Positions 44,435 through 53,641 of a DNA stretch of 64,000 nucleotides are shown here, piece after piece. This DNA comes from an uncultured delta proteobacterium. GTDB lineage: Bacteria; Desulfobacterota; Binatia; Binatales; Binataceae. The stretch lies in NCBI GenBank assembly GCA_963773975.1, contig CAVZDJ010000036.1, forward strand, positions 3,263 through 67,262. Direction: 5' to 3'. The position numbers were made by a program, and so were the translations under genes. The stretch's first letter is position 1. Every line of letters begins with the position of its first letter. Below the pieces are notes generated by a model. That model had not been told where the DNA came from and did no database searches. It saw only the letters and a program-made list of their open reading frames with translations.

Positions 44435-47127
44435 GTGGACGTCGCGATCGAAGCCAGACCCAAGGTCGAATTCGCGCTCGACTATGCGCGCCTGGGCTGT
44501 CGGGTCTTCCCCTGCCACTGGATTTACCCTGATGGCAAATGCTCGTGTCGCAAATCGGACTGCGGGAGCCCCGGCAAGCATCCGATTGAAACCGGCTGGC
44601 AGGCATCGGCCACCACGGATGAGGAAACGATTATCCGATGGTGGACGCGCAAACCGCAGGCGAACATCGGCATCGCCACTGGCAAAGGCTCCAACCTTAC
44701 GGTTCTCGACGTTGACGTGCCCAAGCCGAACAAGCCTTCGACAGAGGACGGGCGCGACACTTTGCATGAGATGCAGGCGAAGCACGGCGCGATACCAGAG
44801 ACCCCAATAGTCATCGCGGGCAGTGGCGGCCCTCACTACTATTTTCAGTATCAGCCGGAAATTAGGAACGAAGTGAGATTCGCGCCGGGGCTCGATACTC
44901 GGAACGAGGGCGGATTTGTACTTGGCGTCGGATCAAAGAACGAGTACGGCGAATACTACTGGGATGCGTCGGCCCGGCTCGGTGACCTGCAGCCCACGAA
45001 AGTGCCGGCCTGGTTAGTCGAGCAAATTGTCACGACGACTCGCTCGAACAACGGAGCCGGGGTCAAGCTGCCCGACCAAATCCATGAGGGCGAGGGCCGC
45101 AACACCGAACTGTACCGCGTAGGAAGATCTCTCAAAAGCAGGAACATGCCGGAGTCGGCGATTCGCGCAGGGATGCTCGCGGCTAATCAATCAGTCTGCA
45201 AGCCGCCGATGGAATCGAGCGAGATCGAAAAGTTGATCAATAACGTCATCAGGCAGCCGGACAGCGCGGCGTTCAAGGCCGCGGCCGAGCAAGAGCTGAA
45301 TACAGGTGACCAGCGTCAGGCCGGTCCATATCTGGCGTCGCCGCGGGGTCTGTTCATAGATCAAGGACGGGCGGGGCTCATTAAACTCGCGAACTTCTGG
45401 AGCTGTATCACGCAGCATCTCAAGCGCGATGACGGCCTCGAGGCGGCGCACGAATACGAAGTCGAGTGCCATCGCGGCGACGAACTGGCTACTATTTCTG
45501 TCCCGGTTAATAAGTTCGGACAGATGGCTTGGGTGCCTGAGAAACTGCCGCCGCGATTTATTCTTTGTGCGGGCTCGAGGGTCAAAGACCAAGTTCGGGA
45601 AGCAACACAGCAATTCAGCGATTTCAACATCCCCGAGTCAGTCATTTACACCGCGCCAGGTTGGCGCAAATTCGGCGAGCAGGACGGCTATGTCCACGGC
45701 GGTGGAGTGATAGGTGTTCCCGGCAACTTCCGTATCGAGCTTCCCTCAGACCTTGCACCATTCGTCCTACCTGACGCGCCGAGCGGCGAAGAACTAATCG
45801 GGACGGTGCGCGCCGCATTAGAGTTGCTCCGCTTTGGACCGCCGCAACTCGCGGGCCCGCTGTTCTGCGTGCCCTGGCGGGCCGTGGTCAAGCCGGCGGA
45901 TTTCGTGGTCTGGGTATACGGTGAGACGGGAGGGTTCAAAACCGCGCGGGCGGCTCTGGCTATGCAGCATGTCGGCGCGGGCTTCACGTCCAAGCGGGTA
46001 TACGTTTCGTTACACGCGGACAGCGTCGCCGCCATGCGCGAAAAAATATTCCTCATGAAGGACGCGCCCTGCTTGTGTGACGACTATCGCCCAGGTCTGA
46101 CCGGTCTGGAGCGTTCCACACAGCAACAAAATTTAGACCTGATAATGCGCGCCACTGGTAATATTGCCGGTCGCTCAACCTTGGGTACTGATCGACGGCT
46201 AATCTCCGGGCGACCTCCGCGCTGTTTGCCAATACTCACCGCTGAAGATCTACCCTATGGCGAGTCCACCAAGGGCCGCGGCCTTCTCCTTCAAGTACAT
46301 CACGGTGACTTCCTCAAGGAGACGCTGAGTAGGCATCAGAGTGCCGCCGCGAAAGGCATGTTCGCGGCCGCGACGGCTGGTTTCTCGCTTCGCTCGCGCC
46401 CAAGCTGAAATCGGTGCTTGAACAATGGGAAATTAAATTCGTCGAGCTGCGCAATAGAGCCGAAGAGGGGCACGCGCGCACGCCCGGTATCGTGGCCGAT
46501 CTTTATCTGGGCGCTGAACTCTTCGTCGAGTTCGCGATCGAAGTGCACGCCATTTCACCGGGCGATGGTGCGGTTGCGTTGAACACCATCTGGAATGGGC
46601 TGCTCGAGGCATCCGCGGAGCAGGCAGCGTTGCTGAATTCGGACAAGCCGGAGGTCAGATTCATTGAATTGCTACAGAGCAGCATCAGCTCGGGGCACAG
46701 CCATTTAGCCGATCGTAACGGCGGCGAGCCGAGCAAACCGGCCTCATGGGGTTGGCGATTCTACCCCTTAGTCAAGCCGGAAGACGTGGAACGTGGCGGC
46801 GACGATGTGGCAGACGCACAAAAAAGACTGTGGCGTTGTGGGGGCGACCGCATCGGTTGGGTCGATCTCGAGAAAGGAGAGATTTATCTCGATCCGATCG
46901 CCTCGCATAAGGCGGCCGCCGCGATGGTCGGCGACGGCGACGCGTTCACCGCGAGCGTGACTATGCTCGCGAAGCGCATGGATGATGCCGGGCTTCTTAT
47001 ACGGACCGAAAAAAAAGCCGGCTTAAAACGCAAGAGTCTTAGATGGCGCGAGAGGCTGCAAGGCGTTCAGCGCGATGTGCTCGTCGTGAAAGTCGCGACG
47101 TTGCAGCCGGAAATTGAAGACGAATGA
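44435..47127 (+). CDS. Bifunctional primase-polymerase plus PriCT-like plus helicase-like replication protein; one frameshift near 46383
   Basis: The Prim-Pol N-terminus reads ALDYARLGCRVFPCHW…GSPGKHPIETGWQASATTDEETIIRWW…ANIGIATGKGSNLTVLDVD. A PriCT-like segment reads GEGRNTELYRVGRSLKSRNMPESAI. The reading continues from …AAKGMFAAATAGF into the frame of ORF 46414-47127 (LASLAPKLKSVLEQWEIKFVELRN…), consistent with a 1-nt deletion in TTC(C)TC. Confidence 0.8.
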
Positions 47128-47420
47128 TGCTTCCTGACGACATCGCGAATATCCCGGCAAACATCCCGCGCGAGCGAATTCCGGCGCTGATTGCCCTGTT
47201 GGCGGCGCGCCTGCTCGAGCCTCAGCTCGAACCGGAAGCCGTCGACGATCATGATGATCGTCTGCTGACCGCTGCGGAAGCGAGCGCGATCTTGCGGCGC
47301 TCGACGAAATGGCTCAGCCGAAATCGCGCGCGGCTGAACTTCGCACGGCGATTGGGGCCGAGGTCTTGGACGTACAGCGAGAAGGGTTTGCGCCGATGGT
47401 TGACTCGGCAAAAGTCGTAA
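47124..47420 (+). CDS. Small HTH DNA-binding protein
   Basis: Its start overlaps the upstream stop in an ATGA junction. …LLTAAEASAILRRSTKWLSRNRARLNFARRLGPRSWTYSEKGLRRWL resembles excisionase-type HTH proteins. Confidence 0.5.
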   Translation: MMLPDDIANIPANIPRERIPALIALLAARLLEPQLEPEAVDDHDDRLLTAAEASAILRRSTKWLSRNRARLNFARRLGPRSWTYSEKGLRRWLTRQKS

Positions 47421-47488
47421 AGGGGTGGGCATGATCGCGAGCGCAGATATGTTTCCGAAACTACCGGCGAAAGAGAAGCATGAACCGC

Positions 47489-47647
47489 CTAAGCTTCGGC
47501 CCTCTGCTCTGCTTGCTTCGTCTTCAGACGCTTGGCCTTGCGTCGCTTCATCACCCGATAATGAGGTTGCGGATGCGTCTTTTCGTGATACTCGTCGCAC
47601 GGGCGGCAGAAAAAGAACAGAATCGTTTGAGCGAAGGGATGGCCCAT
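47489..47647 (-). CDS. Possible small basic Cys/His protein (52 aa)
   Basis: Manual translation gives MGHPFAQTILFFFCRPCDEYHEKTHPQPHYRVMKRRKAKRLKTKQAEQRAEA. It is below the track length cutoff and has only a weak SD, so it is speculative. Confidence 0.3.
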   Translation of the reverse strand: MGHPFAQTILFFFCRPCDEYHEKTHPQPHYRVMKRRKAKRLKTKQAEQRAEA

Positions 47648-47737
47648 GCCGCCAGTTTCCGCAACTGGCAGGTAGTCGTCAAGCGCACTACGATGACGCC
47701 CTGAGGGGAAATCATCTTACCCTGAGGGGGCGCATCC

Positions 47738-48472
47738 GTGACAGACCACCAAATTCTGCTCGTTACGCTAATTGCCACGATCATCGGAATCATCGGAACT
47801 TTCTATTTGACCCATCGCGGCAACCAACATTTCGCGGAACAAAATCGCATTATGCTCAATCAAGGGGGTGGTCGCGTGCCTGAACAATACAGACCACCCA
47901 AATGGCCGATGCTCACAATGGTGGGCTTAGTTGTCCTCGTTTGGATTGTGGCTGGCTACGACATTTATCTGAGACGCACAGCCGCTGGCAATCTTGGATC
48001 CCTTTTTATGCAGTGGTTGGGCGCGAACGAAAATAAGCTTCCGGGAGGACCTTGTACAGCGGTCATTGACAGCTCGCAATTACTACAATGGAGCGACAAG
48101 TATCGATTAAGTGTCGCATGTGGCATCGTCGATCCAACCGAAGATGCATTGGAGGATACGAGGATTTCAATCAGCCATCCTTTCATAATTACCGGGGTAG
48201 CGATAACGGTTACTACTAACTACAGCAAAGAGATGGCCGACGGCGTGACGACAATAGTGAATACAGCGATAAAGGGTATGCCACCTCCGCCAAAGGGAGC
48301 AGGAATCGTGGTGCAATGGTACAGGTGGTATCGAGTCATATTACTTCCGGTTGGGTTTGATATGGCGGCCATTCACCAATTATCGGATGTCACGAAATAT
48401 GGCGGCGTGGTGCTTCCCCAAAGCCCTGCGGCGCCGATGATGATGGTCGCGATTAGTGGTAAGGCTCCATGA
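47738..48472 (+). CDS. Membrane protein of unknown function (element cargo)
   Basis: GTG start. There are two N-terminal TM helices (ILLVTLIATIIGIIGTFYL and MLTMVGLVVLVWIVAGYDIYL). GC content is lower than in flanking genes. No family was recognised. Confidence 0.5.
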   Translation: MTDHQILLVTLIATIIGIIGTFYLTHRGNQHFAEQNRIMLNQGGGRVPEQYRPPKWPMLTMVGLVVLVWIVAGYDIYLRRTAAGNLGSLFMQWLGANENKLPGGPCTAVIDSSQLLQWSDKYRLSVACGIVDPTEDALEDTRISISHPFIITGVAITVTTNYSKEMADGVTTIVNTAIKGMPPPPKGAGIVVQWYRWYRVILLPVGFDMAAIHQLSDVTKYGGVVLPQSPAAPMMMVAISGKAP

Positions 48473-48617
48473 CGGAACAAAATCGAATAGCTGAACCGGC
48501 TCGCTGGCGTCGTCTTCAGTCCACTGAAAGCGACCGCCAGTATCGCTTGTGGACAAGCGAATCGACTGTGTGACGCCATGACGCCATTATGACATCATGT
48601 CGATTGAGGTGATCGAT

Positions 48618-48785
48618 ATGAAAAAGCAGCGGACAGAGAGAGCGAAACCGGATCAAGCGAGGGCGACGGTGCGGATGGACCGCGACGTGTGGGCCGCCGC
48701 GCGCCACGCCGCGCTCGACCGAGGCGTCTCCTTCGGGAAGCTCGTCGAGGATGCGCTGCGGGCGTACCTGGGGGTGAAGTCATGA
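48618..48785 (+). CDS. Ribbon-helix-helix (CopG-like) protein
   Basis: The ATG at 48618 is preceded by GAGGTGAT. …ATVRMDRDVWAAARHAALDRGVSFGKLVEDALRAYL is an RHH pattern. The stop overlaps the integrase start in an ATGA junction. Confidence 0.65.
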   Translation: MKKQRTERAKPDQARATVRMDRDVWAAARHAALDRGVSFGKLVEDALRAYLGVKS

Positions 48786-49942
48786 AGAAGCAAAATCGCG
48801 GAATGGGTTTTCTGTTTCAACCGACCTATCACGACAAACGCACCGGCGAAAAGAAGACGAGCGCGGTTTGGTGGATCAGCTTTTCCACGCACGGCAAGCG
48901 CCACAAGGAGTCGAGTGAATCGACCAATCGCGCCGATGCCGTGCGGTTACTCAAGAAGCGCATCGCCGATGTTGGACAGGGCAAACCGGTCGGCTCGATG
49001 ATCGAAAAAACCACGCTCGATGATCTAATCGGTATGGTGGAGGCCCACTACAAAGCGAACGCGCTCAAGAGCGGAAAGAGGATTCCGATCGCTGCGCGGC
49101 ATTTGCGCGAATACTTCGGCGGCGATTGCAAGGCGCGAGAGATCACGTCGGACAGGATCACGTCCTACGCTGCGCATCGCCAGGAGCAAAAAGCCGCGAG
49201 GGCGACAATCAACGTTGAGCAGGCGTTCTTGAGCCGCGGGTTTCGGCTCGCCACCAAGGCCGGCAAAGTTGGTGCGCGGCCCGAGATGTCTAGGCTGAAG
49301 CTCGACAACGCGAGGCAGGGTTTTTTTGAGGCCGCGCAGTTCGAGGCGGTCGTGCGTCATCTGCCTGAGCACCTGCGACCGGTCGTGCAGGTCGCGTATT
49401 TGACGGGATGGCGACGGTCCGAAATTCTAAGCCGCAGGTGGAAGCACGTCGATTTAGAACTGGGATGGCTCCGCTTGGAGCCGGGCGAAACGAAGAATGG
49501 GGCGGGCCGAAGCTTCCCCTTCCACAACTTCCCCGAGCTGCGCGAGGTGCTGATGGTACAGCGCGCGCGTGTGAGCGAGATTGAAAAAGCGAGCGGGCAA
49601 ATTGTCCCTTGGGTCTTCATCAACCCCAACGGCATGCCGCTCGTGGACTTCAGAAACGCTTGGCGGACAGCGTGCCGCGCGGCCGGCTGCCCTGGGAAGT
49701 TGCTGCACGACTTCAGGAGAACCGCAATCAGAAATTTTGAACGGCGCGGCGTGTCGCGCTCGGCCGGGATGGCGCTGTCGGGACATTTGACCGCATCCAT
49801 CTACAGCCGTTACAGCATAACGGACAGCAAGGTGCTCGAAGAGGCGGTCGAAAAATTAACGTCTCAAATGTCCACATCGTTGAGTCAAAGTCGTGTCCAA
49901 GTCACAGCACTTCCGGTGAAGCGCGCGCGAAGAAACCCTTGA
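48782..49942 (+). CDS. Tyrosine recombinase / phage integrase
   Basis: The N-terminus is MKKQNRGMGFLFQPTYHDKRTGEKKTSAVWWISF…. The catalytic region reads …AYLTGWRRSEIL…LLHDFRRTAIRNFERRGVSRSAGMALSGHLTASIYSRYSI, giving the R…HxxR…Y pattern. The start is taken at 48782. Confidence 0.9.
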   Translation: MKKQNRGMGFLFQPTYHDKRTGEKKTSAVWWISFSTHGKRHKESSESTNRADAVRLLKKRIADVGQGKPVGSMIEKTTLDDLIGMVEAHYKANALKSGKRIPIAARHLREYFGGDCKAREITSDRITSYAAHRQEQKAARATINVEQAFLSRGFRLATKAGKVGARPEMSRLKLDNARQGFFEAAQFEAVVRHLPEHLRPVVQVAYLTGWRRSEILSRRWKHVDLELGWLRLEPGETKNGAGRSFPFHNFPELREVLMVQRARVSEIEKASGQIVPWVFINPNGMPLVDFRNAWRTACRAAGCPGKLLHDFRRTAIRNFERRGVSRSAGMALSGHLTASIYSRYSITDSKVLEEAVEKLTSQMSTSLSQSRVQVTALPVKRARRNP

Positions 49943-50046
49943 AATACGAGCTAAAAATAGACACTGTGCGTGCGACGCTGCGGGTTCTCGATTCGCTGAC
50001 GCGGGGCCGCGCGGCAAATGCGCGAGCGGCCTGGGGAGATGCGGTT

Positions 50047-50811
50047 ATGGCGGCGCCTGAGATGTTCAACCTTGACGGCCGCGTCGCGGTGGTCACCGGC
50101 GGCAACGGCGGAATCGGCCGCGGGATCGCGCTGGGGCTGGCGGAGGCCGGCGCGGCGGTCGCGGTGCTCGCGCGCAACCAGGACAAGAACGAGGCGGTGC
50201 TCGGCGAGCTGCGCGCGCTAAGCTCCGCGTCGATCGCGCTTAGGCTCGACGTGACCGAGCGCGACGCGCTCGCCCCCGCGATGGCGGAGGTCGAGCGCAA
50301 GCTCGGCCCGGTCGATATCCTGGTCAACAACGCGGGTATCGCGCTTCCCGGCGGCGTGCTCAAGGTTGATGCCGCGACCTGGGACCGCGTAATCGAAACC
50401 AACCTCAACTCGGGCTTCCTGCTCTCGCAGATCGCGGCGCGCTCGATGGCGCCGCGCAAGCGCGGCAAGATCATCAATATCGCCAGCGAGTACTCGCGCT
50501 TCGGCAATCCGATCGCGCCGTCGTACGCCGCCTGCAAGGGCGGGCTCATCCAACTGACCAAATCGATGGCGGTCGAGCTGGCGGCGCATAACATCCAGGT
50601 CAACGCGATCGTGCCCGGATGGATCGAGAGCGAGATGACTGCGCCGATCAAAGGGCGCCCGTTCTACGACGACATCATCAAGCGCACGCCGGCCGGCCGT
50701 TTCGGGACGCCCAAGGAATGCGCGGGCGCGGCGGTCTTTCTCGCCTCGCACGCTTCCGATTTCGTAACCGGCGCGACCATCTTCGTCGACGGCGGCTACG
50801 CGATTCGCTGA
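50047..50811 (+). CDS. SDR-family oxidoreductase
   Basis: Motifs are MFNLDGRVAVVTGGNGGIGRGIA (TGxxxGxG), NNAG and YAACKGG (YxxxK). The start at 50047 has GGGGAG upstream. Confidence 0.9.
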   Translation: MAAPEMFNLDGRVAVVTGGNGGIGRGIALGLAEAGAAVAVLARNQDKNEAVLGELRALSSASIALRLDVTERDALAPAMAEVERKLGPVDILVNNAGIALPGGVLKVDAATWDRVIETNLNSGFLLSQIAARSMAPRKRGKIINIASEYSRFGNPIAPSYAACKGGLIQLTKSMAVELAAHNIQVNAIVPGWIESEMTAPIKGRPFYDDIIKRTPAGRFGTPKECAGAAVFLASHASDFVTGATIFVDGGYAIR

Positions 50812-50813
50812 CC

Positions 50814-51919
50814 ATGACGACGATCTATCGTGCCGAGGTGATCGGGTCGATGCTGCGGCCCGCATGGCTCAAGCAGGCGCGGACCGATTTTGCCGCCGAT
50901 CGCATCTCGACCGCCCAGTTCAAGCGAGTCGAGGACCGCGCGGTTGACGAAGCGATCGCGCTGCAGGAGCGATGCGGCGTCGACGTCGTGACCGACGGCG
51001 AGATGCGCCGCTCGGGCTTCGTCGCGCCGCTGACCGATTACGTCGAAGGTTTCGAGGCGGTCGCGTTCGACACGCGGCGATGGCAGGGCGGCGGCGGCAC
51101 GAGCGGCGAAACCAGTCTGACGGTGCCGCTCACCGTGACCGGCAAGCTCCGCCGGCGGCGCTCGCTGGCGGCCGAGGAATTCATCTACGCGCGCGCCCGC
51201 GCGACGCGCCCGCTCAAGGCGACGCTGCCGAGTCCGCTGATGCTCGCGATGCGCTGGTCGCCGGAACATTCGGCGGCGGCTTATCCCGATCCGTTCGCGC
51301 TGTTCGCCGACGCCGTCGATATCCTGCGCGCCGAAGTCGCGCGAACTGGCGAGCCTGGGATGCGAATATATCCAGGTCGACGCGCCGGAACTCGCCACGC
51401 TGGTCGACCCGTCAACGCGCGAGCGCGTCTTCGAGGCGCATGGAATCTCGACCGCGCGGATGCTCGGCGAGGGCGTCGAGATGCTCAACGCGCTCGCGGA
51501 TACGTCCGGCGTCACCTTCGGGTTGCATCTGTGCCGCGGCAACAACGCCGGCCATTGGCTGAGCACGGGCGGTTACGAGGCGATCTCGAAGGAGGTCTTC
51601 GCGCGCGCCACGCGCTACGACATTTTCCTGCTCGAATACGACAGTCCGCGCGCAGGCTCGTTCGAGCCGCTCGCCGACCTCCCGCGACGACAAGCGCGTG
51701 GTGCTGGGGCTGGTGTCGACCAAGAGCGACGCGCTCGAGACGCCCGATACGCTGATCGCGCGCATCGAAGAAGCGGCGCGCCATTTTCCGCGCGAGCGGA
51801 TGGCGCTCTCCACGCAGTGTGGTTTCGCCTCGGTGCTCGCGGGCAATCCGATCGCCGAGGCGACCCAGGAAAAAAAGTTGCGGCTGGTCGCCAACGTCGC
51901 GCATCGGGTGTGGAGCTAA
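50814..51919 (+). pseudogene. Cobalamin-independent methionine synthase (MetE C-terminal domain)-like protein, two frameshifts
   Basis: The first frame reads MTTIYRAEVIGSMLRPAWLKQAR…DILRAEV. The second frame reads RELASLGCEYIQVDAPELATLVDP…FGLHLCRGNNAGHW…LLEYDSPRAGSFEPLADLP (part of ORF 51460-51975). The third frame, ORF 51698-51919, reads VVLGLVSTKSDALETPDTLIARIEEAARHFPRERMALSTQCGFAS. The shifts are at about 51340 and about 51690. Confidence 0.75.
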
Positions 51920-51991
51920 CCCTCTGCGCCTTTAACCGCTGGCGCGCAAGCAGGTATCATCCCGCATCATGTTGAGATCGCGGACAACATT

Positions 51992-53641
51992 ATGAAGCGC
52001 ACGCAACAAATCGACGGACGAAGCGGCAACCGCCGCGGCGCCAAAGCGCCGCGCGCCGTCGCCGACGGCGGCGCCGGCAGCGGGCGGGTCGAGCTTCCGT
52101 CGCTCAAGCCGCTGCGCGTGCTCGTTGCCGGCGAAGTGATCCTCGACCGCTACATCATGGGCGACGTCGCGCGCGTCTCGCCCGAGGCGCCGATCCCGAT
52201 CCTGCAGGTCAACCGGATCGAGGAGCGCCCCGGCAACGCGGGCTTCGTGATGGCGAATCTGCGCGCGCTGGGCGCGCGAGTGAGCGCGCTCAGCGTGGTC
52301 GGCGCCGATCGCAACGGCGAATTGCTGCGCGAGATGTTCGGCGACCTCGGAATCGACACGCGCTCGGTGCTGGTCGACCCCGATCGCCCGACGATCGTCA
52401 AGGAGCGGATGCTGGGGTCGGTGCAATCGGCCAACCGCGCCACCCAGCAACTGCTGCGCGTCGACCAGGAAGCCCCCCACGCGCTCAGCCTGGCCAAGGA
52501 GCGCGCGCTCACGCGCCATCTCGAGCGTGAACTGGCGCGCGTCGACGGCGTGCTTATCTCGGACATCAACAAAGGCCTGCTCACGCCGGGGCTGCTGCGC
52601 GCGCTTATCGACGGCGCGCGCCGCCGCAAGATTCCGGTCATCGTCGATCCGCGGCTGAGCGAGGATTTTTCGATCTATAGCGGTGCGACCGCGCTCACCC
52701 CCAATCGTTACGAGACCGAGTTCGCAACCTCCACGCGTCTGGTCGACCGCGCGGCATGGATGCACGCGGCGGACGAGCTGATGCGCCGGCTCAAGCTCGA
52801 CGCCTGCCTCATCACGCTCGACCGCGACGGGATGTACCTGAGCGAGCGCCGCGGCCCGCATACTTACATCGCGACCACGCCGCGCGCGGTTTACGACGTG
52901 ACGGGCGCGGGCGATGTGGTGCTGGCGGTCTTCGGCCTGTTTGCGATCGCGGGGCTCAGTTTCGCCTCGGCGGCGCGGCTGGCGAACCTGGCCGCGGGGA
53001 TCGAGGTCAGCCGGCTGGGCACCGAGATCATTTCGCGCGAGGACCTCGCGCAGGCACTTAGCCCGGGGCCCGAAAGCGCGCAGCGCAAGATCGTCGCGGT
53101 CGAGGAATTGCGCCCGGCGCTCGAGCGCGATCGCGGCGCAGGCCGGCGCGTGGTGTTCACCAACGGCTGCTTCGATCTGCTGCACGCGGGGCATGTCGAA
53201 ATGCTTTCGTTTGCGCGCGCGCAGGGCGACACGCTGGTGGTGGGAGTCAACAGCGACCGCAGCGTGCGGCTGATCAAGGGCGATGGCCGTCCGATCTATC
53301 CGGCGGTCGAGCGCGCGCTGATTCTGGCCGCGCTCGAGATGGTGGATTATGTGGTGGTGTTCGACGAGACGCGCGCCGAGCGTATCGTCCGCGCCGTGCG
53401 CCCCGACGTGCTGGTGAAGGGCGAGGATTGGCGTGACAAAATTGTCGACGGCCAGATCTTCGTGGAGTCGTACGGCGGGCGAGTCGCGCTCGCGCCGCTG
53501 CTGCCCGGCTACGGCACGACGCTGACGATCGAGCGCCTGCGCGCAACCAAGGCGCGCGGCGCCGGCGCCGAGCTAGCGCTTAAGGGCGCGCAGGCCAAGC
53601 CGCGCGGCAAGGTAGTTGCCCGCGCGCTCAAGCTCCGGTAG
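51992..53641 (+). CDS. hldE: Bifunctional D-beta-D-heptose 7-phosphate kinase / D-beta-D-heptose 1-phosphate adenylyltransferase
   Basis: The N-terminal part is a PfkB-type kinase (VLVAGEVILDRYIMGDVARVSPEAPIPIL…DVTGAGD). The C-terminal part is a cytidylyltransferase (VVFTNGCFDLLHAGHVEMLSFARAQGDTLVVGVNSD). Confidence 0.9.
   Translation: MKRTQQIDGRSGNRRGAKAPRAVADGGAGSGRVELPSLKPLRVLVAGEVILDRYIMGDVARVSPEAPIPILQVNRIEERPGNAGFVMANLRALGARVSALSVVGADRNGELLREMFGDLGIDTRSVLVDPDRPTIVKERMLGSVQSANRATQQLLRVDQEAPHALSLAKERALTRHLERELARVDGVLISDINKGLLTPGLLRALIDGARRRKIPVIVDPRLSEDFSIYSGATALTPNRYETEFATSTRLVDRAAWMHAADELMRRLKLDACLITLDRDGMYLSERRGPHTYIATTPRAVYDVTGAGDVVLAVFGLFAIAGLSFASAARLANLAAGIEVSRLGTEIISREDLAQALSPGPESAQRKIVAVEELRPALERDRGAGRRVVFTNGCFDLLHAGHVEMLSFARAQGDTLVVGVNSDRSVRLIKGDGRPIYPAVERALILAALEMVDYVVVFDETRAERIVRAVRPDVLVKGEDWRDKIVDGQIFVESYGGRVALAPLLPGYGTTLTIERLRATKARGAGAELALKGAQAKPRGKVVARALKLR

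Larger units (their letters stand above)
42162..49942. mobile_element. Integrative (phage-satellite or plasmid-like) element; exact ends not determined
   Basis: The region is a contiguous block of mobile-element functions. They are an HTH protein, an iteron-rich low-GC region, an excisionase-like HTH, a primase-polymerase/helicase, a second HTH, a membrane cargo protein, an RHH protein and a tyrosine integrase. It is flanked by gene fragments on the left (41744-41965) and core genes on the right. The left boundary could instead be near 43399. Confidence 0.55.

Noticed and set aside
41960-49960. AAGCGCGCG, shared between 41965-41973 and about 49919-49927, considered as the att core of the integrative element.
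   Set aside because: A 9-nt GC-rich match is expected by chance many times in a window of this size and composition.
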